A stretch of DNA of 62,896 nt, counting the filler, from Octopus bimaculoides (lineage: Eukaryota), in assembly GCF_001194135.2 (NCBI RefSeq). It is 3 parts of 3 records of this genome, joined end to end, with 100 filler letters (N's around TTAATTAATTAA, not from the genome) between each part and the next. Parts side by side here need not be neighbours in the genome. Positions count along the whole stretch, not along the records: positions 31,304 to 60,294 come from NC_068987.1; positions 60,395 to 62,896 come from NC_068991.1; 1 more part is not named here. One strand, written 5' to 3'. Positions 51,541 through 62,896 of this stretch are shown here, one piece after another. The notes under the pieces were generated by a model that saw nothing but the letters and a program-made list of their open reading frames with translations, was not told where the DNA came from and made no database searches. Position 1 is the first letter of the stretch; each line of letters starts with the position of its first letter. The position numbers and the translations under genes were made by a program.

Positions 51541-52367
51541 NNNNNNNNNNNNNNNNNNNNNNNNNNNNNNNNNNNNNNNNNNNNNNNNNNNNNNNNNNNN
51601 NNNNNNNNNNNNNNNNNNNNNNNNNNNNNNNNNNNNNNNNNNNNNNNNNNNNNNNNNNNNNNNNNNNNNNNNNNNNNNNNNNNNNNNNNNNNNNNNNNNN
51701 NNNNNNNNNNNNNNNNNNNNNNNNNNNNNNNNNNNNNNNNNNNNNNNNNNNNNNNNNNNNNNNNNNNNNNNNNNNNNNNNNNNNNNNNNNNNNNNNNNNN
51801 NNNNNNNNNNNNNNNNNNNNNNNNNNNNNNNNNNNNNNNNNNNNNNNNNNNNNNNNNNNNNNNNNNNNNNNNNNNNNNNNNNNNNNNNNNNNNNNNNNNN
51901 NNNNNNNNNNNNNNNNNNNNNNNNNNNNNNNNNNNNNNNNNNNNNNNNNNNNNNNNNNNNNNNNNNNNNNNNNNNNNNNNNNNNNNNNNNNNNNNNNNNN
52001 NNNNNNNNNNNNNNNNNNNNNNNNNNNNNNNNNNNNNNNNNNNNNNNNNNNNNNNNNNNNNNNNNNNNNNNNNNNNNNNNNNNNNNNNNNNNNNNNNNNN
52101 NNNNNNNNNNNNNNNNNNNNNNNNNNNNNNNNNNNNNNNNNNNNNNNNNNNNNNNNNNNNNNNNNNNNNNNNNNNNNNNNNNNNNNNNNNNNNNNNNNNN
52201 NNNNNNNNNNNNNNNNNNNNNNNNNNNNNNNNNNNNNNNNNNNNNNNNNNNNNNNNNNNNNNNNNNNNNNNNNNNNNNNNNNNNNNNNNNNNNNNNNNNN
52301 NNNNNNNNNNNNNNNNNNNNNNNNNNNNNNNNNNNNNNNNNNNNNNNNNNNNNNNNNNNNNNNNNNN

Positions 52368-52406
<39 letters not shown>

Positions 52407-53702
52407 CATATATTTAGACTACATTTGTGTATATATACTCATAGATCAATATATCGATATATAGTGAGACATTTCTACTTATATGGGAAAAATTTACTAT
52501 TTGATACCCAAGGCCTATAATGTTCAAAAGATAACAAGGAATGATGTTGTTCCTTGTCTTCTATAAGAAACTACAGAGAAAATGACATTTAATCAAAGTC
52601 TTACCGAGAATCCCCAAGCTGAATTTCTTCTTTGCTTAGTTGAAACGAATCATAAATTTTGATGTGGTTTACTTTCTTTTTTTTTCTAGAGTATATTTAC
52701 CTCCAATGCAGATAATTTTTTTCAATAAAATCATTTATGTATACTGCTACAGAGATTTTTAACTGGTGAATACTGCTAGTATAACTGTTGGTACATTGGC
52801 CTGGTTGTTAACGCGTTGCGGTTTGGGCTGATTTTCGTAAATTTCTGCTTCAGAAGCTATTGCGGTGATAGTCATCTTAAAAATATTTACAATAATAATA
52901 GAATTATTGGTTTTGGTGTAGAGACTATTTGCATATATCACAGTGGTGGTGGGTGGTGGCAGTGAAGGTGATAGTGCGAGAATGTTAGAAGTATAAAGTC
53001 CTGATCATAATTCAACAGATTACTTTATTTAATACCAATATTTCCTTCGTGGCTGTCAAGATATATGCGGAAAAATAAAGGGTTTTGCTGTAGAAACGAT
53101 ATTTGAAATACTTAAAAACGAAGAGAAAAAGAAAGATTAGAACGTGTTGTCATTTCCGGAATGATATACATTGTATATTACCTTGCCCGTATTTTTATTA
53201 GTAATGATGTAAGAAGCTTCACATAGACTTTTTCTTGTGAGATATCATGCTAATATGTTTCTGAACGTTTGAAACAAACGTCGATGCCATCATGCTAACA
53301 ATGCATTTATATATATATTTTTTATCGGAACTCAGAAAGTTCTTATAAAGCATCTCGTCATTACTTTAAAAGGAAAATAGTTTCGTTATATCCCTGACAA
53401 ATACAGCCCCGGGAATTTACTTACATTCAAAACATATTAGGAATATAATGTAGACAGATGAAATATATCTTATTTTATATATGCAAATAGGAGACTGCCA
53501 ACAAAGATTCATCTTCAGTTGCATTCAAATCCCAAAGTGCTAAAAGCGAAGGAATATCTGTCGATTGTGCGTCAACTATAAGTATTAATACGCTAAGGCC
53601 AAATGCGTTGCGCTGTCAGGTGGTTGACCGAAATGACAGCCGGAGAACGAGAGAAGTGTTAATGACGAGGGGTAGAGTGGAAGAAATAATTATCATGTGG
53701 TT

Positions 53703-53945
53703 AGAACCCTGCTATACTCTTTCACCACAACTTTCTCTCACTCTTTCTTCTTGTTTCTGTTGTTCCTGTATTTCAAAAGCCCAGCCTTGTCACACTGTGT
53801 CACGCTGAATCTCCCCGAGAACTACGTTGAGGGTACACGCGTCTGTGGAGTTCTCAGCTAGTTGCACGTTAATTTCACGAGCAGGCTGTTCTGTTGATCG
53901 GATCAATTGGAACCCACGTCGTTGTAACCGACGGTGTGCCACCAC
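53703..53945 (+). mobile_element. SINE family C, 3' portion
   Basis: Closely matches the reverse complement of ~55325-55570. Confidence 0.88.
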
Positions 53946-53950
53946 GATTC

Positions 53951-54030
53951 ACATTGACAAATGCATTGGAAGCAAATACATTGAAGACAAATACATTGAA
54001 GACAAATACATTGAAGACAAATACATTGAC
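53951..54030. repeat. 15-bp tandem repeat (caaatacattgaaga) about x4
   Basis: Directly visible, immediately after the SINE C tail. Confidence 0.9.
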
Positions 54031-55324
54031 AGTCGGAAGAAAGAAAACTTACATTACATATCTTAATAATCTTATCACAGATAGAAAGAGAGATCTTTCG
54101 ATGGAAGTGAAATGACAAACCAAAATAGCGGTGGATATTCTTTTGTTTTTCATTTGTTTTTATTTGTTAATTTGTTATTTAGCGATACATCGACTGCAGG
54201 AAAAGTGGATATAAACAAATAACTCAACTGAAATGAAGCATCTTAGATGAGATTTGCTACAAAAGACTACAATTATGATGGTGCTGGTGTTGTTGTTATT
54301 GTTGTTGTTAATGGTGGTAGTGGTGGTGGTGGTGGTGGTGGTGTTAGTGGGGATGATGGCGGTAGAGGTAATGATACTGGTGAGTGGATAGTGAAAATGT
54401 AGTTTTCTTTTTTCATTGAAATATATTTCTTATATTGCCAATCACTTAAAGCGTGCGCGTAAGTGCAATTATTTATCGCCTTCTCGCTAGAAGATTGATA
54501 TTCATTTATAAAATATGGATGCCAGTCTATGTGACCATAAGAGGAGAGAGAATGAGATGGTATAGACAACGATGTACAAAGTGGCGTGTCGAATCGCTCA
54601 ATGAGAATTCGGTGAATATTTACGACAGATAAAAGAACTTGTCCAAGATAGAAAATGTAAACCGTTGAGACCGTAAAAAAAATAAAATAAAATAAAAACA
54701 AACTGTAAACACACGATTGAAAGTTACAACATTGGCGACATGAATAATCTCAGTAATCGCTGTAGACCCCTCAAATTCATAAATGAACCTATGAAGTGCG
54801 AAGAGGATGGAAAATTTATGTGTTCTTAATTACTGCCTTATCCAAAAGAAATACAGGTGTTTTTAAACGAAAACACTGTAGAATATCTAATTCCAAAAGA
54901 AATAGTAATTTGTATTGTTCTGTATAAACGTCCAACAATCTAAAAAAAAAAATCGTATTTCGCGTGGAAATTCCCTGCATACTGCCATTTTAATAATTGC
55001 TTTCTTTTCAGAAATGTTCACATCGATATATCTAAATCTTCTAACTATAATCAGTCTTAGAAATATGGCAGAATGTATATTGAAAATCAGTTGCTAGTGA
55101 AATGTTATAAACCTCGATATATATTCTACTATTCGGTTTCCTTTACTAATTTCTCGTAATATTTCATGTGTAGTTTTGTATCTATGTAAACTTCCGATTA
55201 ATTTATGCTGATACTTTTCGAAATTTGGGCTATACAGGAAACAATTTATCTGACATTTAAGTACGTTGCTTATACGCTTTTTTTTTATCTCTTATCTTAT
55301 TTACCGTATATAGTTATTTACACT

Positions 55325-55709
55325 TGTTGTTGGCACTCCGTCGCTTACGACGTCGAGGGTTCCAGTTGATCCGATCAACCGAACAGCCTGCTCGTGAAAT
55401 TAACGTGCAAGTGGCTGAGCACTCCACAGACACGTGTACTCTTAACGTAGTTCTGGGGGATAATCAGCGTGACACAGTGTGACAAGGCTGACCCTTTGAA
55501 TTACAGGCACAACAGAAACAGGAAGTAAGAGTGAGAGAAAGTTGTGGTGGAAGAGTACAGCAGGGTTCACCACCATCCCCTGCTGGAGCCTCGTGGAGCT
55601 TTAGGTATTTTCGCTCAATAAACACTCACAATGCCCGGTCTGGGAATCGAAACTGCGATCCTGTGACCGCGAGTCCGCTGCCCTAACCAATGGGCCATTG
55701 CGCCTCCAC
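55325..55709 (-). mobile_element. Full-length tRNA-derived SINE, family C, with TSD
   Basis: tRNA-like head gtggaggcgcaatggccc...gtttcgattccc; 11-bp TSD ttatttacact at 55314-55324 and 55710-55720. Confidence 0.93.
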
Positions 55710-56149
55710 TTATTTACACTACATGGAATGCATTCATCGGTCCATCGAGTATCTTCTAAAATGACTGTCAGAGCTTCTTGCCCTTAGACACACTCAGTCC
55801 ATATTTTTTACTGAATGTTTGATAAAGAAACAAATTCTTGTACATAGTTTGTTTTCCACAAATCGTCTTCTTTAGTAGCTGGTTCTGGTAGTAAGAGAAA
55901 GAATTTAAATACAGAGAGAGCATTCTGAATCAACCGTTCTTGTTGTAATGCATGTTCCGCAAAGTGAAACTTTTCTCCCCAACGAATCGCAGTGAAAACG
56001 GCCAATTCACATGTCAAATATATCTCAAACATAGATGGACTGACTCAAAAGTTATTTATTCCAAAACATTGATTCGCATGACAGCTATATGCACATTGTT
56101 ATCACCATTTAAGTTGATGACGTCGGAAAATAATTATATCATTGCAAAA

Positions 56150-57885
56150 AATAACTTGCATCATGTTATTCCGTCTTCATTTTCTGACTACATATGTGAG
56201 GTTGCTTCATCTGGGGCTCTTGACAGTCAGAGATCTAGCTTTTCTGTTGAAGACACCTCTATCCATCCCATGTAGGTCTTTCAGATCCTTCGGGAAGATA
56301 TTGAAGAACTGTGGGCCTTTAATGCCCAGGCTATTGCATTATCTTGTCCGATGTTATGATGGCAAAGTTGAAGTCGTTCGCACTATGCAGTACCGCCCTG
56401 TTCTAGCGTTAGTGCAACTCAATGCCAAATTTTGGGACAAGTCCCTTCAGGATCTCCCAGATGTACATAACGGCATATCTTTCCCGCCTATGCTCCAGGG
56501 AATGGAGTCTCAATCTTTTGGGTCTTTGCAAGTAGCTTATATGCTGCATAGAGGCTATTTTCTTCGTGTTGCTTCGTTGGTGACCATAGCTGAGAGCAAC
56601 TGTTTAATCGGCCAAGGACAAATGTCCTGCATAGTACCATGATAGTTTCCTGATCTCACATTTTAAAAGTTCTGAGAATCCATCCTGTCAGCCACCTGCA
56701 TTTTATTGTCAACTTAGCAACATGCACATGGAAAGATGCATCATCATTCATGTAAATGCCCAGGTCTCACACGAACTATACCTCTGGGATTGCAATTCAT
56801 CCAGGTCCAGTCTATTTCTTTGTAATTCAATTTAGTTTTGCATGCTGATACTATAGGGCTTAATACCTTTCATCATTAGATTGCATGTCATTCTTCTTAA
56901 CCCACATTGCAGGTCTTCAAGTTTTTGTATCACCTGTGATATTTTTGTATCATCAGCATAACTTGTGATAATGGCTCTCTGTTTGGCTGAGGGCATATCT
57001 GAGAAGATTATTATTAACAGTTGTGGTCTCAGATCAGTGCCTTGCGGAACATCACTCACCATTTGCGTGCCATTGGAGGCGGCCCCATTGGTTACTACTG
57101 CTTGACTTCTGTCTTTCAGAAAGTCATGCAGCCATTCTCCCAATTTCCTGACTAGGCCTAGGTCACGCAGTTTGTGACATCTCATTCCATGATCGATTTT
57201 ATCGAAAGCCTTTGCAAAGTCGAGATACATCACATCCACATTTGCGTGGTTGAGCAGCTGTTTCAATACTCAGTCATAGTGCTGTAAGACCTGAATCAGG
57301 CAGCTTCTTCTTCGTCGGAAACCAGGTTCGGTGTCAGTCAGCAAGTCATTTTCTTCAAGGAAAGTGATTAATTTTCTTCTCACTATTCGTCCTATGACTT
57401 AGCTGATGGGTGAGGTCAGAGAGATAGGTCTGTAGTCGTGTTGCTTCTGCACTGCTATCTCCTTTATGGATAGGGCATATCTTCCCTTCTTTCAGCTCGC
57501 TTGAAAGTTTGTCAGTTGCAAGGAAGCCCTGGAAGAGGGACTGCAGTGGTCTTGCTAGGACACGCTTACATGATTTAAGAAGGATTGCTGGGAATCCATC
57601 AGAGCCAGTAGCTGAGTTTGGGTCCATCTCATCTATAGCCCTTATTACATCGTATTCTTTTATATTGACGCAATCAATCGTCACTGAGTCTGTTTTTATA
57701 TTTGCTATGGCGAAAAAGTCAGCTGGACGGCTGACTTGCAAGTGTTCTAGGGGTGGAGTGAAAACACTTTCAAATTGCTCATTTAGTATTTCACTTATCC
57801 TCTTTGGGTTTCCTCTGAGTTGAACCATATTTTTCGAGGAGTGGCCCTATCATGCAGTACACCAAGACTGTTTCTTTGGCGAATG
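56150..57885 (-). mobile_element. CR1/L2-type LINE fragment (RT domain and C-terminus), decayed
   Basis: DPNSATGSDGFPAILLKSCK, PIHKGD, VDVMYLDFAKAFDKIDH, VPQGT, SYADDTKI and GPQFFNIFPK; frameshifts; 5' end at (TATG)n. Confidence 0.92.
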
Positions 57886-59951
57886 TATGTATGTCTGTAT
57901 GTATGTATGTATGTATGTATGTATGTATAGATAGATAGATAAATAGGTACATACATAGATAGAGATCTCTATTGTATGTCTGTATGTTTATGTATATATA
58001 TGCATGTATCTTTATCTCAATATATTAATGTACATTGTAATAGGAATTCAGAGAATAGTGCGGCTGCCACAGAAGGCTTCTCTTACAAAATCGGCTATCA
58101 GCTCACATATAGTGAACAATTACAAAAAAAAATGTAATATGGAGAGTCCATTTAATTGAAAATCCCAAAGTTTTGAGTGACAAAATTATTTTATTATATA
58201 TAAGCATAATGACTGAAAATACCCGAGATTAATACATATATTTTTTGTTATATTTAACCAAATGTCTTTTATAGGGTTACGACTAATTGGCAAACTTCTT
58301 GTCGAATCAATTTCCTTTTGAACACACTATGTCTTCACGTTTGAACTAATATACATATGCATACATACATACATATGTGTGCGCGCGTGCGTATGCGTTT
58401 CCGTGTGTTTATATGGTATGCAGAGTGTAGGAGTCAATAGTAAATGTTTCTGTTGCTTGCCACATAGTTTCTCACAGCATTTATTTCAGACTACACCTGA
58501 CTTCACTAGGATTCTTCTTCTTCTCTTGAGAACTTTCACTTGTAACGTAGTCTAGAAATGTCGAAAAGAATCACAGTGGTTCTGAGAGAATCATAACTTT
58601 GAGCTTGACTCTTTGTTCCACGAGGTATACTCAGTTACATAATATTTATTACTGTTGATGTTACTGTAGCCTCAAGTGATCACACAGCGTCCATTTGCAA
58701 CTGATTGAATAAATATGTGCATCCATAATATTTGCTAATACTCTCGTGCTTCTCTCTGTAAAGTAAATAAAAAAAATTGATGAGCTTAAAGTCGATTATA
58801 ATCGTAAGACCGTGTGCTCAAGTTGGCAGTTATATTCTTTGAAGTTGGTGATTATTCTTGTTTTGGAAAAAAACAAGTAGAATAGCGATGTTCTAGCAAA
58901 ATGGCCGAGGGTGGCAGACTTATTTCCTTTACTGTGAATAATAGTTCTTATATTTTGCGAAGAATTTGCGTTTTCATTTTTTCTTTGGCAGAATTACGTT
59001 TTTATTAACGATGCACCCGGATAAAGTCTTTGATTATGTCTTGCTAATTGTTTCCTTTAAACTTGTCAAAAGTTACAAAACTCTTACTAATAATAAACAC
59101 TAAATTTAATTGCAAAACTTTAATTCAAACTTAACAGAAGCGGGAGATAATTAAAAGTTGACTATATTTGATCCGTTATAATCGTAAAATACAACCATCA
59201 ATTTAGACAAACGTGAGAATAGTGCATTTTTATATCATTTTCAGAAATGATCTTGTTTCTGAATTTTTAAGAAGTAATAATCAAGATGTATTTTCATTCA
59301 AATCTACCTTGAAACACCATAAACCCAAGAAGCATCTTCCATGCATTAACAAATATATACCCAACATTAACAAAATATAAAAGTCGAATTACCTCAAATC
59401 ACGTGCTACCGTTTAAGAAACGCGAAATATGAATAACAGAGTTCAAAAGACTAAAAACTTACAAAATGATTTAATCACTGAACTAAATTTCAACATTTTA
59501 ACATACGCTCAATCTGTCAGCATTAGCCTGGGGCTAAACAGTACCTAACATGCGAATTAACCAGAATTAAGAAGTTAACGCACACGTATGAATTATTTGC
59601 CTTAATTGAAGTTTCATGCTCCAAATTAACACGTATAATGGGCACTAAATATACTTGCCCTAAGCACTTTCTTTTAATCCAAGAGGTAATTACCTTAAGT
59701 AAAATTTGAATCGTATAATTAGTGGTGAGAATAAAACAAACTTTATTGGAAACTCATACTTATATGTTATCAATATTGCCAATTATATAAATACATGCAT
59801 GTTTCTTAATACACACACATATATATTTGTGTATTTGTTTATATTAAAATGCATATATGTATATGTGCATAGAAAGACATAGATATGTACATATATATAT
59901 ATGTGTGAATGTATATGTACGTATGGGTCCACGTATGTGTCTATGTATGTT

Positions 59952-59980
<29 letters not shown>

Positions 59981-59982
<2 letters not shown>

Positions 59983-60294
59983 CACCACCGTGTTGCTACA
60001 CTGTTATTACAGGGAGCCTCTTACAATATGTGGCACTTGGTGAAGAATGGAGTTTGATTTAGCAACCCTCATTTGCACCTCCTGCCGCGAGGTAGATTCA
60101 TCTGGGACTCTCGATAGGAAGAGGTCCAACTTTGATTTAAAAACTCCTACATCTACTTTGTGCAGATTCCTCAGGCTCTTTGGGAGAATATTAAAAAGCT
60201 GTGGGCCCCTGAATCCCAAGCTTTTGCAGTAACTGGTCCTGAAGCGCGATGGCATTGCTGGGATCTTTGGCACTATGCAGTGTCGTCCCGTTCT
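59981..60294 (-). mobile_element. 3' end of a second CR1/L2-type LINE copy
   Basis: SLGFRGPQLFNILPKSLRNLHKVDVGVFKSKLDLFLSRVPDE is homologous to 56200-56400. Ends at (TA)n; the 5' side runs into a gap. Confidence 0.8.
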
Positions 60295-60394
60295 NNNNNN
60301 NNNNNNNNNNNNNNNNNNNNNNNNNNNNNNNNNNNNNNTTAATTAATTAANNNNNNNNNNNNNNNNNNNNNNNNNNNNNNNNNNNNNNNNNNNN

Positions 60395-60456
<62 letters not shown>

Positions 60457-60774
60457 CATATGCATACATACAAACGGAGCACATACTTAATATACATACA
60501 TACATTTATACATACATGCATTCATACATACATACAACATATATGCGTACACATGTAAAGGCATACACAAGATACACATATGCGTGCACATATACGCACA
60601 TAAATTTACATACATACACATACATACACACACACATGCATGCATGCATACATACATACATACATACATACAACTATATACGAAAATGGTTGGCTCACAT
60701 GGAACAGAAATTCAAATAACTTGTTGTTTTCGCTTCACAATGAGTAAAGTGTTCGCCACAGTACGTAGGTATGT

Positions 60775-61100
60775 GAATGTATGTATGCATGTATGTATGT
60801 ATGTTTGCTTGTATGTATGTATGTATGTACGTATGTATGTATATATGTATGCATGTATGTATGTATGTTTGTTTGTATGTATGTATGTATGTACGTATGT
60901 ATGTATATATGTATGCATGTATGTATGTATGTTTGTTTGTATGTATGTATGTATGTATGTATGTATGTATGTATGTATGTATATATGTATGCATGTATGT
61001 ATGTATGCATATATGTATGTATGCATGTATGTATGCATATATATATGCATACATGTATGTACGTACGTACGTACGTATGCATGTATGTATGTATGTGCTT
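60775..61100. repeat. (TATG)n-derived array with a 64-bp higher-order period
   Basis: Variant gcat recurs at 60787, 60851 and 60915, with tttg and acg variants in register. Confidence 0.85.
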
Positions 61101-61139
61101 ATGTGAATATAAATGGATAGATAACTGGATGCAAGTGTC

Positions 61140-61820
61140 TTCTACCTTTTACAAATTTCAATCATTAGACTGCAGCCACGGTGCGATGAATCTTTAGTCG
61201 AATGAATCGACACCAGTACATTATTTCTTTAAAGTCTGGTACTTATTCTATCAATTTCTTTGCCTAACCACCAAGTTACGAGTATGTAGACACACCAACA
61301 CCGGTTGTTTGTCAAGTGGTGGTTGAAGACAAACACAAAGACACACGCGCGTGCGCATATATATGCACACAGATATACGTATATACATATACATATGTGT
61401 GTGTGTGTGTGTGTGTGTGTGCGTACAACAAGATTCTTTTCAGTTTCCATCTACCAAATACCCTCACGTGGCTTTGGTCNNNNNNNNNNNNNNNNNNNNN
61501 NNNNNNNNNNNNNNNNNNNNNNNNNNNNNNNNNNNNNNNNNNNNNNNNNNNNNNNNNNNNNNNNNNNNNNNNNNNNNNNNNNNNNNNNNNNNNNNNNNNN
61601 NNNNNNCAGATATACGTATATACATATACATATGTGTGTGTGTGTGTGTGTGTGTGTGCGTACAACAAGATTCTTTTCAGTTTCCATCTACCAAATACCC
61701 TCACGTGGCTTTGGTCGACCCAAGACTATAGTAGAAGACACCTGCCGATGCTGCCATGCAGTGGGACTGAACCCAGAACGCTGTGGTTGGGAAGCAGGCT
61801 GCTTACCACACAGCCACGCC
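61140..61820 (-). mobile_element. SINE family B spanning a gap (part duplicated by assembly)
   Basis: Head ...gggactgaacccaga...accacacagccacgcc at ~61760-61820; tail ~61140-61320. Confidence 0.8.
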
Positions 61821-62013
61821 TACATACAATCACATAGACATAAATGCATAAATATGTATATTTATGCATGTGTATATGCCCATACACACAACTACGCGCG
61901 CGCGCGCACATATTTGTAACAATTCTATCAATATACATGTATCATTTTCTAGGTGTGTGTGTGTATGCATGTATGTGTGTGTGCATGTGTGTGTGTGTGT
62001 GTGTGCGTGTGTG

Positions 62014-62052
<39 letters not shown>

Positions 62053-62859
62053 CTAAATGTTGAGATATATTGTTTAGCGATGCCAACTTGAAAAGTATGT
62101 TCAGAAACGTATTCACTGCAATATAGCATGTTATGCACTTTATATGCTGGCGTGTGTTTATGTATTTATATAGTATATTTATATAGAAGAATGCATCGCC
62201 TTCTGAATTCCTTCATGACATATGTAGTAAACCCGTATGACCGTGCTACCCACTACTCCAAAGTGATATTACAACCTTTGTCCCTCTGAATTAGTAGACT
62301 TAAGCTAAGTAGTTATGGTGTTATATTCGTAACATATCAAGAAGGATTGCGCAGAATATCAAAATAAGGAAGAAATTTGTAACGTAGACTGTGGAATTGA
62401 AACACTGCGTCTGCTTTAAACCGTAAAGCTTTGCCAGCCGTTACACAAAATATACATAAGAACACTTCATCCTGGAAGTTAGTAAATTCATTCGCGGTTT
62501 TCAAACGCTTAAATCAAGGTAATTTTTGTTCATGACTGAACAAGAAGCGAAATGTTCAGCTTCTGTGTCGGAGATGCTTATTAATTTCGCTCTATGATGT
62601 CAAGACACGACCACGAGCACCAATACAAAAATACACATGTTTTGGTCGGCCCGAGGTTAAAGTAAAAAAAACAAAAAGTTCCAACTACTACGTACTCCAG
62701 TACGTAGTAGTTTGAAGCCGAAACTATATGGTTAAGAATCATAATTCTAAATTACACTATTTTTTAAAATGGCTTTACCTGCTTCGACCTTCACGTTCCA
62801 AATAAAATATATTTAACTTTCTCAACGGAGTTTTAAAATTCTTATATTCTCAGGACATT

Positions 62860-62896
<37 letters not shown>

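Noticed and set aside
53951-54030. CRISPR-like periodicity (also 9134-9199 and 8734-8790)
   Set aside because: Contiguous tandem units with no unique spacers, in eukaryotic DNA with no cas genes.
55640-55709. tRNA-like sequences (also heads at 19799 and 18153)
   Set aside because: They are SINE heads continuous with SINE bodies and TSDs; no complete cloverleaf is supported.
60584-61197. Many YVCM/HTYI/CVCV/IYIY ORFs across the window
   Set aside because: Translations of di-, tri- and tetranucleotide microsatellites, open in several frames at once.
61370-61717. Exact ~110-bp direct repeat either side of a gap
   Set aside because: Most likely unmerged overlapping contig ends.

Overview
Eukaryotic, AT-rich, repeat-saturated draft-assembly scaffold with many N gaps. 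The SINE families and microsatellite load point to an octopus (inference). I find no supportable host protein-coding gene, rRNA, functional tRNA or CRISPR array; almost all listed ORFs are microsatellite or gap artefacts. Content: three tRNA-derived SINE families (~30 copies); decayed non-LTR retroelements (R4/Dong-type, CR1/L2-type, RTE-type and a Penelope-like RT); Tc1/mariner pieces (two maT/DD37D-like fragments, an internally deleted mariner, a Tigger/pogo-like MITE); one solo LTR; and many simple repeats. The main signal is four long fold-back palindromes between 13.9 and 26.7 kb. Two of them carry type I hammerhead ribozyme motifs with a long helix II insert. The motif at 26459-26553 (minus strand) has every conserved core position intact and lies ~1 kb from a Penelope-like RT fragment. 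Weaker minimal hammerhead-like motifs occur in related terminal-repeat fragments at ~10.9 and ~40.7 kb. All structures were folded by eye; nothing here shows transcription or cleavage.
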